Below, one piece after another: positions 12,161 through 24,229 of a DNA stretch of 64,000 nt (position 1 is its first letter; every line of letters starts with the position of its first letter). The stretch spans positions 124,001 to 188,000 of the forward strand of contig CDMY01000821.1 in assembly GCA_001179505.1 (NCBI GenBank), in the 5' to 3' direction. The DNA comes from Vitrella brassicaformis CCMP3155 (lineage: Eukaryota; Protista; Chromerida). The notes beneath the pieces were generated by a model that was not told the DNA's origin, did no database searches, and saw nothing but the letters and a program-made list of their open reading frames with translations. Position numbers and translations under genes: made by a program.

Positions 12161-15100
12161 TCACCTTACTGCCCCACCCTGCCCCCCACTCACTGCCTCT
12201 GGAACTGCACGGACATGTCTGTGTTGGCTGGGCTGCCTGTATCCCCTCTCGCCCGTATTGTCGGCAGCTGCTGCTGGCTGCTGCTGTTGTTGTTGTTGGG
12301 CTGCCCCTGGCGCGCTAGTGCCGTTCACACGGGGGGCTGATGTGTTGTGGGAGGGGGAGAGCTGGGGCGATGACGCTGGTTGCTGCTCTTGGAGCCTTTT
12401 GTACTCGTCGTACGTCAGCAATCTGCCACGCACAGACACGCACACGCTGCTTGTTAGTTGTTGGGTGCGGTTCTCTCTCTCTCTCTCTCTCTTTTACGAG
12501 AAGGGCGGTTCGGTGGATGCCCTGTAGAGGCTGGTGATGTTGGCGACGTCGTCGGCCGACCGCGCAATGATCCAGCAGCTCTGCGTGTCGATGGGCGTCA
12601 CGTGCACAAAGATCGGCGAAAAAAACTGACACATCACACACACACACACACACATATAAATCCACACCCATCCAGACCATGGCATGGACGGTCTGTGAGT
12701 GAGGAGGAGAGTGTAGGCAATGCAGGCAGGCACCTTCATGATGTCCCATTTGCCCCAGTTGTTGGGGTAGCCTGACATAAGGAAGTGCCGTGACATGTCG
12801 GCCTCGTCCTTGCCGCTCAGGTTGATGACACTCGGCTGCGTCTTGACCAGCTTGATCCGGTTGATCATCAAAGGCAGCAGGTCCATCACCGACCGCTGCT
12901 TGTCGTGAACAGAGTACGTTCGCGGACCCCTACACACACACACCCAGAGAGAGAGAGAGGGAGGGAGAGAGAGGGAGAGAGAGAGGAAGAGGGGAGTTGG
13001 GGGGAAGGGAGGAGGTCCATCCATCTGCACACGCCCACACACGCCCATCCATCCTACTTGAAGTCGATTTGGCTCCAGTTGATTTTCTTCTTAGTGATGA
13101 TGTGGTTGAGTTGTAGGATGAAGACCACAGACGTCACGAGGGCGTCAAAGCCCGCCTCGTGGCTCATGTCGTCGCTGTACCGCTCCACACCCATCGCAAA
13201 CTCATCCACACCACTAGTGTCTCCCCCCTGTGTCACAATGCCATTGCCGCCGCCGGTGTCTTGATCCCGCTGATCGGCATCGCTGTCCAGCAGTTGGGTG
13301 CCGCTGCTGCTGCTGCTGCTGCTGCCGTCGTTGCCATCGGAGCCGGTGGCTTTGGCGACGAGTGGTTCGTATGCCTTGGGCAGGCTCCATTGAGTGCCGG
13401 GGATTGACTGGACGTCGAATGAGAGGGGCGGGGAGGGGTCGGTCATGGAGGTGGACGCTATCGCCACCATGAAGTCACACAATCCTGCAGACAGACAGGG
13501 ACAGACAGACAGACAGACAGACAGGGAGTCGTGCAGTGCATGGACACCTACCTGTGCTGTGCGTGTCTGTGGGGGAGGGGAAAGGTAGGTCTACCTACCT
13601 ACCTTTGAGCGTGGGAGGTGCCTGCAGTGCTGACAGAAGTTCGTTGGTTTCAGCGAGGTATTTGGTGTCGAGTGTGCAGGGGAATCTGTCCATCCACTGC
13701 CGCTTGAACTCGTACACCTGACCCGGAAGCTCGCTGCATCCATCCATCAGATCCGTCCGTCCACGAACAAAACACACACACGAGCTGAGCGCAGCGCCTT
13801 GCCTTTCTCCCTCTCTCTAGAGAGTGTGTCCGCGCCCTGCGGTGACTGACTCGTAGAAGGTTTGGTAGAGGTGTAGCAGGTCGTAGAAACAGTTGTGGCC
13901 GACAATGAGCTTCTGGCCGCGGGACACCTCGTCGAACACATGACGCACGCCCACCTGCAGACAGTCACGCCAGGCATCGAATCGATACATACGCACACAG
14001 AGACACTGACTGACTGACTGATTGATTGCAACACACCCGCACTCTCCCATTGATTCCCCCCCACCATTTCGTCGATCTTCTGCAGCTCGCCTTCGAGTGA
14101 GCGGATCTGCTGGTCGTGCACCTCTGACTGAGACCTGACATGGACTCACACGGATACGATGACGATGATGGCCCTCCACACACCTTGCTCGTGCATGCGT
14201 ACGTACGGATGGCATTGCATCCATGGAGGTGTGTATGTCAGTCACTTACGGACCTGTAGACGCACAGGAGTCGCTGGTCGCCCCTCTTTGACGAATGGCT
14301 GTATACCTCAGGGAACTCCTGACCTGTTTAAACACATGCATGAACACACACACATAGACACATTGACACATACATTGAATTCACTGACATGGGCGATGAT
14401 ATGATGTGTTGCTTCTTTAGTGAGTGAGTGAGTGTCCGACCGATGATGTTGTGCATGACCAGCCTTTGGAAGGCGTTGTCCATGGGGATCTCCAGCGGAC
14501 GGACCTCGCCACACTCGATCCAATCACGAACCTGTACACACACATATATACACACACATGGACGGATGGATGGATGGATGTACGGATGGCATAAGCATTG
14601 CCAATCTGTCATTTACCTCACCTGTCCTCGCACCCTGTCGACAAATTCCTTGTCATACCCCTCCGGCAAAGCCAGCGGCGCCACACCAGGACCAGCACCC
14701 CCCTGTCCCTGTGACCCCTGTGTGTGCCTGGCGGCGGCCGCACTGGTGGCCTCCCGCATCTTCTTCTGCAGCCCCTGCAGCTCGTCGATCTTGCTCTGCA
14801 CCACGGCGCGCCTCTCCTCCTCGTCCCTGGGGCGGATGAAGCCGATGCCGCCGCCGACCCACTCGTTGAAGTTGAACGCGTTGTCGCGCAGGAAGTTGAG
14901 TGTTCGGATGGAGACCTGGAATGTCTTGTCTTCGATGTGTGTGGGGTAGATGTATATGCTGGAAGGGGTCAGCAGCCATCGGCTGGGGTCGCTCGCTGAC
15001 AGACAAACAGGTGAACAGGTGAAGCAACCAAGAAAGAAACCGCACCGCCACACCCATCGCTGCGCTGCCGTGTCTGACTTTTCTGTGTGCGGTGTGTTGC

Positions 15101-15419
15101 AGTGAGTGGCTTACGTGATCGTCTGGCGGTGCAAATGCCGACCTGCACCGGCAGGAACTGCCTGGCGCCCTCAGCGTGCGCCTCATAACACCGCTCCACA
15201 CCCACAAACCGCTCGTCACGACTGTGAAGACCTGCAGCCAAACACACACACACACACACACATCCAAACAGATCAAAAGTCCATGTCAGGCAGCCCTCCC
15301 CCGCACCTACCTGTGAGCTCCAGGTCGATTGTGACAAATTCTGCCTCTCTGATGGCTTTAAGGATGAGAGGGCACCGCTGCGCCCATGTCGGATGCGACG
15401 TGGCGTTGGCCAGCGGCAT
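12161..15419 (-). CDS. PARN: Poly(A)-specific ribonuclease (PARN, CAF1/DEDD family), multi-exon
   Basis: [14 protein letters not shown] (D,E), [14 protein letters not shown]3H-like [30 protein letters not shown] (D), LDTKYL and [10 protein letters not shown] (H,D). A start at 15488 is also possible and the exact 3' end is uncertain. Confidence 0.88.
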
Positions 15420-15699
15420 TGATGATATAGAGCACGACGGTGAACTGTTGCGGCCGGCCGAGCTCAGCCGCCCCAGCGAACGAAGCATCGCTGGCGTGAC
15501 GATGGGATGGATGAATAGACGCCTCTTCTGCAGCAGAGCAGCACCGACACGAGGATGAGTCTTAAGAGCAGATGACGGCGTTGTTGCAACTCAATCGATG
15601 CTGGGAGCCCAAAGCGCGCGGCTGCCGCTTCTTACGTTGGCAGATCTCCGCGTTCACTTCTCTGCAAGCTTAGCTCGCATGATCGCGCCATTTCTCGCT

Positions 15700-17110
15700 T
15701 TTTTCGTCACTTTTTCCGTCCCCCGACAGAGTGTCAGCCACGCTCGGGCGCCCCATCGTGCGTGGCTGTTGTGAGGGTATGCGCCGGCATGCAGCGTTTC
15801 GTGCGCATGACGTGTGTATCTCTTGGGTTCTGTGCTGCGTGTAGGGCTTGATTGCGTCGACAAGACAAGCAGCCGGCGGCTTGTCTGCCCTCTCAGAGGA
15901 GGCTGATCAAGCAGCTGGACAGATCGATGGCGTCTGTTGGGAGGTGCGTGTGCGCGCGTCACAGACAAATGCAATTGATACAAACGCACATCATATCTGT
16001 ATCGTCTGCAGGCTGCCCAGTGTGCTGCTCATTCTGTCCGTCGGCCTGTCACCGCTGCCGTCCTCGGCCGCCTTCGTCCGGCCCGTCCGACTGACACACA
16101 CAGCGCCCATCCCACTGACACACCCAGGGCCATCCCACCGTGCACCGCAGCCCACCCCGACGTCACCTGGAGGAATGCCGGTGACCGTGCTGAGTGCGGG
16201 AGGAGGATTCAACTTGAACAAGCATCTCAGCCAGCGGGATATCGGCTTTGCCAGCATTGGGGCGTTCCTCCTCATCCTCTGGTGGCAGATCCTCGGTTCC
16301 TTGGCGGACCTCGCGCCGCCCATAGTGGAGCAGTACATGAGCGCCATTGACATGAGGTAGCGTACGACGAGGCCGCATCATACGTAGATGAGAAGTATGT
16401 GTGTCTCTGTGTCATGAGGTCCGAATGTGTGTGCGTGCGCATGCAGCTGGATGAGTGGTCCTGAGATCGTGTCCAAGTTGGCGAGCGTCGAGGTCGAGAT
16501 TGACGCCGTTGACGCGCCTGATCAGCTCGCCGTGATCGCAGTGCTGGCGTCCAGTGTTATGTACTCGTGGAACAAGATCCCAGAGGCCGAAACCATACCC
16601 AGAGACCGTAAGTAGCGATGGCTGCATGGGATGGATGGATGGATGGATGCGCACGGCCAGACACACACGCACACGGACTCATTTGTGTTTGTATGTGATA
16701 TCAATCAATCCATCCATCAGGTGACCTGCCGCCGGATGAAGAGCTGCTCGAGAACAGCCGGAGAAGACCAGCCGCAGGAAAACAACAGAAACCGCTTAGG
16801 CTGCGGGATCTGAGTGTGCGGGATCTCGGATGCATATGTCTGGGCACGGCCGCTGGCGGTTTTTTCGACTCCGGCATCGACGCTCTCGTCTACAGCATGG
16901 TCGGTGATGCCGTCGTGGTGAGCGCGCGTGGGCTAGTGCTGCTGTTTTCCTTGTTCTGGGTGGTCTTCTGGTGGAAATGGCTGACTGACTGATGGATGGA
17001 TCCGTGGGTCGGGTGCAGCAGAGCTTTTTATACGTACAGGTCAGGGAGGGATGTAGTCACTGAACAGGTCGGGAGTTTTTATACACTACGCATGGCGTAT
17101 TGCATGGAAT
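15700..17110 (+). repeat. About 1.4 kb direct segmental duplication, copy 1
   Basis: Colinear similarity with 24230-25675, from upstream CGCTCGGGCGCCCCATCGTGCGTGGCTGTT through the gene to downstream TACAGGTCAGGGAGGGAT..CGCATGGCGT.TTGCATGGA. Confidence 0.9.
15927..16992 (+). CDS. Plastid-targeted small membrane protein of unknown function, copy 1 (4 exons)
   Basis: Spliced MASVGR/LPSVLLILSVGLSPLPSSAA-FVRPVRL.. gives a signal peptide + Phe + Pro/Ser/Arg-rich transit peptide. It has an internal TM (FASIGAFLLILWWQIL) and C-terminal TMs ending FWVVFWWKWLTD*. All three junctions are GT..AG and in frame. Confidence 0.75.
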
Positions 17111-18423
17111 ACTTGACAGGCAAGATGCCGCTTCTTGAGATAGGGGGAGAGATGACGCAAAGAGGGTCTGTACAGGCATATGTCTGCACAACCTGTAAAC
17201 GCTAGGGTTTGTAATGGCCGATCGGTAGAATGTGTAGAAGGGAGAAGCAGACATCTAGCAAGCAGTCAAACTCATGTCCCTCAAAAAACCGCAAATGGCA
17301 AGGAAGCTGTGACTCAAAGTGTGTGTTCACAGATATGCAGTCGTTCTCACACAGGCGTCTACATAAGTGTTTCCATGCATCGACCAACCCGACACATACG
17401 CGCGCAAACACAAACATACCACGGACAGAAGGGAGGAAAGCAGCCAGACGTGTGCAGAATCCATCCATCCATCCATCCACCACACACAGACAGCCACACC
17501 AGCCACAGACAAATACGGTGCAGGGAGGGAGGGGGGAGGGAGAAGGGCAGGCAACCCAAACTTTTTTGTATTTTGTCCTTTCTTTTCGCGGCTTTAAACG
17601 TGTTCCTTGTTTGTTGGACGTGTTTTAAAATTTCTCCTCAATTTTTTATTTCTTGGCGTTGTGTTAGATATTCTTCTGCGGTTTGCCTTTTTTCTATATT
17701 GGGACGTCTTAGAAAATGCGCGCGCACCGTACAGGCCTCAAGATGCGCGATCAGGGGAGGATCCTTGGACGGGGTGCGACAAGCGCAAGCCAGAGCGCAA
17801 TCTCGCCCCTCCAGCACCAAAGAAACTGCACGGTGAGTCACATAGACACTCTCAGTGAGCCACATGCATGTCTCTGCTTGTCCTCCTGTCTGGCTCACTT
17901 GTGCGTGTCTCTCCAGTTGGGAGTCTCTTTGTGCGCAAACTTTGCTTTGATGCGAAATTTTGCTTGGCGTCCCTTCCCTATCGCCTCCCATTATTCGTTC
18001 GTCGAGCCGCGTTAGGCGTGTACATGCCTCAAGAAAGGTACGCGCGTGGCTTAGGACCCCGGGCGAGGGTTTTTCCCATTGCAATGGAGCGCCCATGAAG
18101 GCCGCTGCCGTGCTCATCTGAGTCCGAATGAATGGGGCGGGGAGGGTTGCGAATTGGGTGAATGCGGTTGGTGTGCAGCAGTGGTCGGCAGACGCACCCA
18201 GACATTCACACACACGGAATTCGATGAGCCCTTTAGGCCTGGGGCTGGGAGGCCGGGGAATGACTGGTGGTGTGATGGGCTGTCTGTGTACGGCGGTTGG
18301 GGGGATGGCCTTGCGTGTGTGAGAAGTGGGTATGCCGCAGGGAGGGTATCGATGGGGTCAGTGCGGTGAAGTGGTGAGAAATGCAATTTGGTGGAAAGGG
18401 CGAGTAGCGAAGCAGGGCGTGTT

Positions 18424-21340
18424 GGGGAAAGAGAGAGACAAGACACAAGACACAAGACTTCCCGCGTTTTAAACAGAAGACTGGGGTGCAGTAAAAAAAA
18501 GGCGGGTTACAATGTCCGGGGGCAGAGAGAGGAGGGCACCGACATTGTAATTCGCCGTGCACACCCGTCCGGATATAAAATGTAGGCAGCGATCATCCAA
18601 CCATCCATCCAACCATCCATCCAACCATCCATCCAACCAGCCAGCAGTGATAAGCAGGTGGCCCTGAACCACACACACACACACACACGTTCGTTCATAC
18701 GTTTGCGCCTTCAAGTGTGTCTCTGTCTGTCTGTGTGTGGCTCTCCTCTCCTCTCCCCCCTCTCCACTCACCTGTCAGTCAATGAATGGGTCGATGTGTC
18801 GTGACCAAGAAGGAAAGGGACAAGAGACAAGACTTCCCGCGTTGTAAATAATTGCAGAGACTGGAGTTGTGCGAAGAAAAAAACCCTCTCTCGCGGCGGA
18901 AAGGCCAGCCGCTGAGAGAGGGGGTGCACACATTACTCCAAGAATATAAAATGTAGGCAGCGATCGATCAGGAGAAAGCACATCCTCCATCCCCCCATCG
19001 ATGGATCGAGTGACTCGCGCCCTGAACACACCATAGACAGACAGACAGACAGACACACGCAGCCAGCAACCAACCAACCAAAACGCCGTGAGTGAGTGAG
19101 CANNNNNNNNNNNNNNNNNNNNNNNNNNNNNNNNNNNNNNNNNNNNNNNNNNNNNNNNNNNNNNNNNNNNNNNNNNNNNNNNNNNNNNNNNNNNNNNNNN
19201 NNNNNNNNNNNNNNNNNNNNNNNNNNNNNNNNNNNNNNNNNNNNNNNNNNNNNNNNNNNNNNNNNNNNNNNNNNNNNNNNNNNNNNNNNNNNNNNNNNNN
19301 NNNNNNNNNNNNNNNNNNNNNNNNNNNNNNNNNNNNNNNNNNNNNNNNNNNNNNNNNNNNNNNNNNNNNNNNNNNNNNNNNNNNNNNNNNNNNNNNNNNN
19401 NNGGAAAGAGAGAGACAAGACACAAGACACAAGACTTCCCGCGTTTTAAACAGAAGACTGGGGTGCAGTAAAAAAAAGGCGGGTTACAATGTCCGGGGGC
19501 AGAGAGAGGAGGGCACCGACATTGTAATTCGCCGTGCACACCCGTCCGGATATAAAATGTAGGCAGCGATCATCCAACCATCCATCCAACCATCCATCCA
19601 ACCATCCATCCAACCAGCCAGCAGTGATAAGCAGGTGGCCCTGAACCACACACACACACACACACGTTCGTTCATACGTTTGCGCCTTCAAGTGTGTCTC
19701 TGTCTGTCTGTGTGTGGCTCTCCTCTCCTCTCCCCCCTCTCCACTCAACCTGTCAGTCAATGAATGGGTCGATGTGTCGTGACCAAGAAGGAAAGGGACA
19801 AGAGACAAGACTTCCCGCGTTGTAAATAATTGAAGAGACTGGAGTTGTGTGAAAAAAAACCCCTCTCTCGCGGCGGAAAGGCCAGCCGCTGAGAGAGGGG
19901 GTGCACACATTACTCCAAGAATATAAAATGTAGGCAGCGATCGATCAGGAGAAAGCACATCCTCCATCCCCCCATCGATGGATCGAGTGACTCGCGCCCT
20001 GAACACACCATAGACAGACAGACAGACAGACACACGCAGCCAGCAACCAACCAACCAAAACGCCGTGAGTGAGTGAGCACACCTCTGTCGACGAATGAAT
20101 GCCTGTGTGAGGGACTGACTGACTTACCGCGAGAGGGGCAATGCATTCTGTCAAATCCACGGCCATCTGATCTTCTTAGTCCGGTACGAATGAACGCCGT
20201 GACGACAACTACACAAAGACCCGACTCCCCACACTCAGGCTCGCCGACCATCTATCCATCCATCCATCCAGCAGTGATGAAGAGGTGGCCCTGAACCACA
20301 CACACACACACACACATGTTCGTTCACACGTTTGCGCCTTCAAGTGTGTCTCTGTCTGTCTGTGTGTGGCTCTCTTCTCCTCTCCCCCCTCTCCACTCAC
20401 CTGTCAGTCAATGAATGGGTCGATGTGTCGTGACCAAGAAGGAAAGGGACAAGAGACAAGACTTCCCGCGTTGTAAATAATTGAAGAGACTGGAGTTGTG
20501 TGAAAAAAAACCCCTCTCTCGCGGCGGAAAGGCCAGCCGCTGAGAGAGGGGGTGCACACATTACTCCAAGAATATAAAATGTAGGCAGCGATCGATCAGG
20601 AGAAAGCACATCCTCCATCCCCCCATCGATGGATCGAGTGACTCGCGCCCTGAACACACCATAGACAGACAGACAGACAGACACACGCAGCCAGCAACCA
20701 ACCAACCAAAACGCCGTGAGTGAGTGAGCACACCTCTGTCGACGAATGAATGCCTGTGTGAGGGACTGACTGACTGACTTACCGCGAGAGGGGCAATGCA
20801 TTCTGTCAAATCCACGGCCATCTGATCTTCTTAGTCCGGTACGAATGAACGCCGTGACAACTACACAAAGACCCGACTCCCCACACTCAGGCTCGCCGAC
20901 CATCTATACATCCATCCATCCAGCAGTGATAAAGAGGTGGCCCTGAACCACACACACACACACACACACACATGTTCGTTCATACGTTTGCGCCTTCAAG
21001 TGTGTCTCTGTCTGTCTGTGTGTGGCTCTCCTCTCCTCTCCCCCCTCTCCACTCACCTGTCAGTCAATGAATGGGTCGATGTGTCGTGACCAAGAAGGAA
21101 AGAGAGAGACAAGACACAAGACACAAGACTTCCCGCGTTTTAAACAGAAGACTGGGGTGCAGTAAAAAAAAGGCGGGTTACAATGTCCGGGGGCAGAGAG
21201 AGGAGGGCACCGACATTGTAACCCGCCGTGCACACCCGTCCAAATGTAAAATGTAGGCAGCGATCATCCAACCATCCATCCATCCAGCCAGCCAGCAGTG
21301 ATAAACAGGTGGCCCTGAACCACACACACACACACACAAA
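18424..21340. repeat. Higher-order tandem repeat array (module A about 345 bp, module B about 650 bp; order A-B-gap-A-B-B-A)
   Basis: Anchors AAGACTTCCCGCGTT and AT(A/G)TAAAATGTAGGCAGCGATC recur six times. B period is about 652 bp (19818 to 20470). A diverged partial copy lies at about 21700-21870. Confidence 0.93.
19103..19402. other. Assembly gap (300 N) inside the tandem array
   Basis: Run of N. True copy number of the array is unknown. Confidence 1.
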
Positions 21341-23489
21341 CACACCTCGACATTCAATTTGTCGACATTCGCTTGTGTTTGGTCTCTCCGTCTCTTGTTA
21401 GCTTACACGTATGTGATACACTGCCTAAAACCGCCATCTGCCCTTGATTACCGACAGACGATCGGCATCAGTCAGTGGTGCTCCGGGTGTTGATGAGGCC
21501 TTCTCTTCAGCCACACCTCCAAGTCTGAAGCAGAAACATGTCAGTGTGTGTGTGGGTGTATTATGCATCCTCTGCGCATGGGTGGGTGGCTTCCTGCTTA
21601 CTTGATGTAAGTAGAGGTGAGCCGCGCGTAGGTCCCTGCACTTGTTCGGTCCTGCCGTCGAGATTGGTAGTTAAGGTAGGTGTGAGAGCCAACGGTCATC
21701 CATCCATCCAGCGATCGAATGACTCGCGCCCTGAACACATCATAGACAGACACGCGCAGCAACCAAAACGCCGTGAGCACACCTCTGTCGATACCTCTGT
21801 CGATGCGTGTGTGGGGGACTGACTGACTTACCTCGAGAGAGACAGTGCATTCTGTCAAAAGCACGGCCATCAGGAGAAAGAATCAAACTTCCATCATCTG
21901 CACACAAGCATGCCGACAGGGCACAGTGACATCACCACAGCAATGAAACGGACCACGCAGTAATCCTCGAATATCATCCACCACATATCGACCACCGCAG
22001 CCAACCAAAAGAAAAAGAGATATGACACGTGGACTCACCTGAAAAGATGTTTGAGTTTGAAGACAAAAGAAGGCGTCCCGGCACTCAGCTGACGCCAGAC
22101 AGGTGTCAGGTAGTCTCCACCCATTCAGCAGAAGAAAGGGCGCCAGCAACCGGCTGAGGCACTCGCGGCACACCACACAAGCCAACGACCACTCACCAAG
22201 GGAGGAGGGAGGCTCAGGCTGATGTCAGCGCCTGACGGGCGGACGGTCAGGGGTGGTCAGGTGGACTCGTCCTCTGCGCAAACGGCGAGCAGCGGGGGAT
22301 GTGTGGGCCTCGGGCGGGTGGCGACCGACCTCTCCCGCCGAAAAATGAGAAGAAACGAAGGAGATGTGAGGCGAACAGTGGGAAAGAGGACAGCTGGCGT
22401 GGAAACTGTCCGATGCTTCCTTTTCTTGAAAAAGCCGTCTCGAGACGGCGAGAATTCAAATCCTCGCCGCGATTCTCGCCACAAGCTCGCGTGTTTTTTT
22501 CTGAAGCGCTCCTTGTTGGTAACGCCACCCTCTCCTTTTCATCATTGTCCTCAAGCTGTCCATGTCAAGTCTGCCCACAGGCAGCCCGCATCTGATTCTG
22601 GCGCGTCTTCATACTGCAGTGAAGTTGCACTGCAATTAAGGATGGAGTGGTCGTCAGCCACCCCAATGGCGCCTCCCATCGATCTGCTGCACATACAGTA
22701 CAACCTAGGCCTTCTGGCAAAGAGGAGACCAGGTTGGGTCTTCACTCACAGTCAGTCCATGCACCTCTCAACAAACAAGCAATCCCTTCGATCTGTGCAC
22801 ACCACATGGACCCTTAATTGCCCTTTCCATCCATCAAGGTCACAGACAGACCCATGCACTCTACCTACTCACACGTATGTACGTATCAAAGGCAAGGAAG
22901 GGACGGACATGCGTCACACGACTGACTGGCCATGGCGTGTCTGTCCACCGCAATTAACGTGTGTTCGTGAATGAATGAAGACCACACCGGCCGCACACTC
23001 ACAGTCCGCAAACACAGCTGGACCAATGCAAACCGCCCGGACTACGGCCGAGAGAAAGACAATAAATACAGCTGATCGAGCTGGCTATCGTCATGTCATC
23101 ATTCACTTATTTATTTCAGGAAGAAAAGTCTGCACCAAAGACAGAGCAGCCGTCAGTGCACAGTTGAGTCAACTGTCTATACGTATGTGTGTGTGTGGTC
23201 TTCTCCCTCGTCGCACTTACAGTACTTCTCTTGACGCATTTGCCCGTCGAGCGATGCGCGGCGGACGGACGTATTTTGGCGCGCACACACGCTCAGGCTG
23301 GTTGAACTTCACCATGCACACACCGCTGGCCATCGCCGCATGAGTAGGCAGCCCTTGCACAACTGCTCCCCAAGATCTGATCGGTCACACACACACACGA
23401 CAAGCAAGAACACACACCGATCAGATCAGACAACACCACCCGGCTCGCGAATGAATCGCCTCGCTCTTTCTCTTTCTGCCCGCCTAGCC

Positions 23490-24005
23490 TACCGATGCCG
23501 CATATATCTCTTGAGGCACTCGTATGTATCCGCCCATGGCCGGTGCAGCCAGCGCCCTGGTTCTGGTCAGTCAGAATCGAGCCGCACCGCCTCTCTCTGC
23601 CTGACGCCGAGTGTGGTTGCCAAGGCGTTCGTTGGTGGGAATGGACAGCAGCCGAAAGGCGACAGTCAGCACACCAGCCAGGGTCCTCACTATTTGTTGA
23701 AGGTTGAAGAGATGAACTCCACCGGCTTGCAGCCCCTGTTGTACTGCCAGTGAGTGCAGGAGGCCTTCTGGGACCAACATGGACTTGCCCGCCTTGAGGG
23801 TGTTGTTGATGACGCGCGGCGAGGGGCCGTTCTCCTCCACGAATCCCATCTCCAACTCACTCCTCCCGAGATGACGTAGACGATCTCGGCCGCACGTCAC
23901 GTGGATGCGATGCAGCTGCGGTGAGTTCAGACCGCACGGCTCGAGCACGTAGTGAGTGCACCCAGCTGTGAGATGGACTCCCCTCGAGGGACGACGGGAG
24001 CTCCT
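23490..24005 (-). pseudogene. Spherulin/germin-like cupin pseudogene
   Basis: After removing short tandem duplications it reads HYVLEPCGLNSPQLHPRAAEIVYVISG.ELEMGFVEENG..VINNTLKAGKSMLVPEGLLHWQYNRGCKPVEF..FN.SEDPGVLTVAFRLLSIPTNALATTLG..ECLKRCGI. This matches the germin box PHxHPRxxE and the Physarum spherulin features NEDPG and CMKRCG. Multiple frameshifts. Confidence 0.85.
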
Positions 24006-24229
24006 GCAGTGCACACGCACCGGACACACAGACAGACAGCAGGGATCTGAGCGAGAAGAGCCTTCTGATGGTCGGTGGCCTTGCTGATCTGTGCGTGGCG
24101 CCTCCCCCTTGCACGTCTAAGCTCGCAGGGTTTGGAACCCTGCATTAGAACAGGTGGCGCGTCAAACCGCTAAACACAATAACCAAACCAAACCAAACCC
24201 GCAAGGGGAGTGGGCCGAAGATCCGCTTT

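Noticed and set aside
17638-18213. 191-aa minus-strand ORF in the accessory block as a transposase or RT fragment
   Set aside because: No DDE, RT, HUH or integrase motifs are visible.
18775-19562. ORFs of 117-254 aa spanning the gap
   Set aside because: Artefacts of translating N runs as X.
18424-21340. Tandem array as a CRISPR array or protein-coding repeat
   Set aside because: Units are hundreds of bp with no unique spacers and no cas genes. The ORFs across it are short, stop-interrupted, microsatellite-derived or span Ns.
24125-24143. Hairpin GCAGGGTT-TGG-AACCCTGC resembling a tRNA T-arm
   Set aside because: The loop is non-canonical and no D arm, anticodon arm or acceptor stem is nearby.
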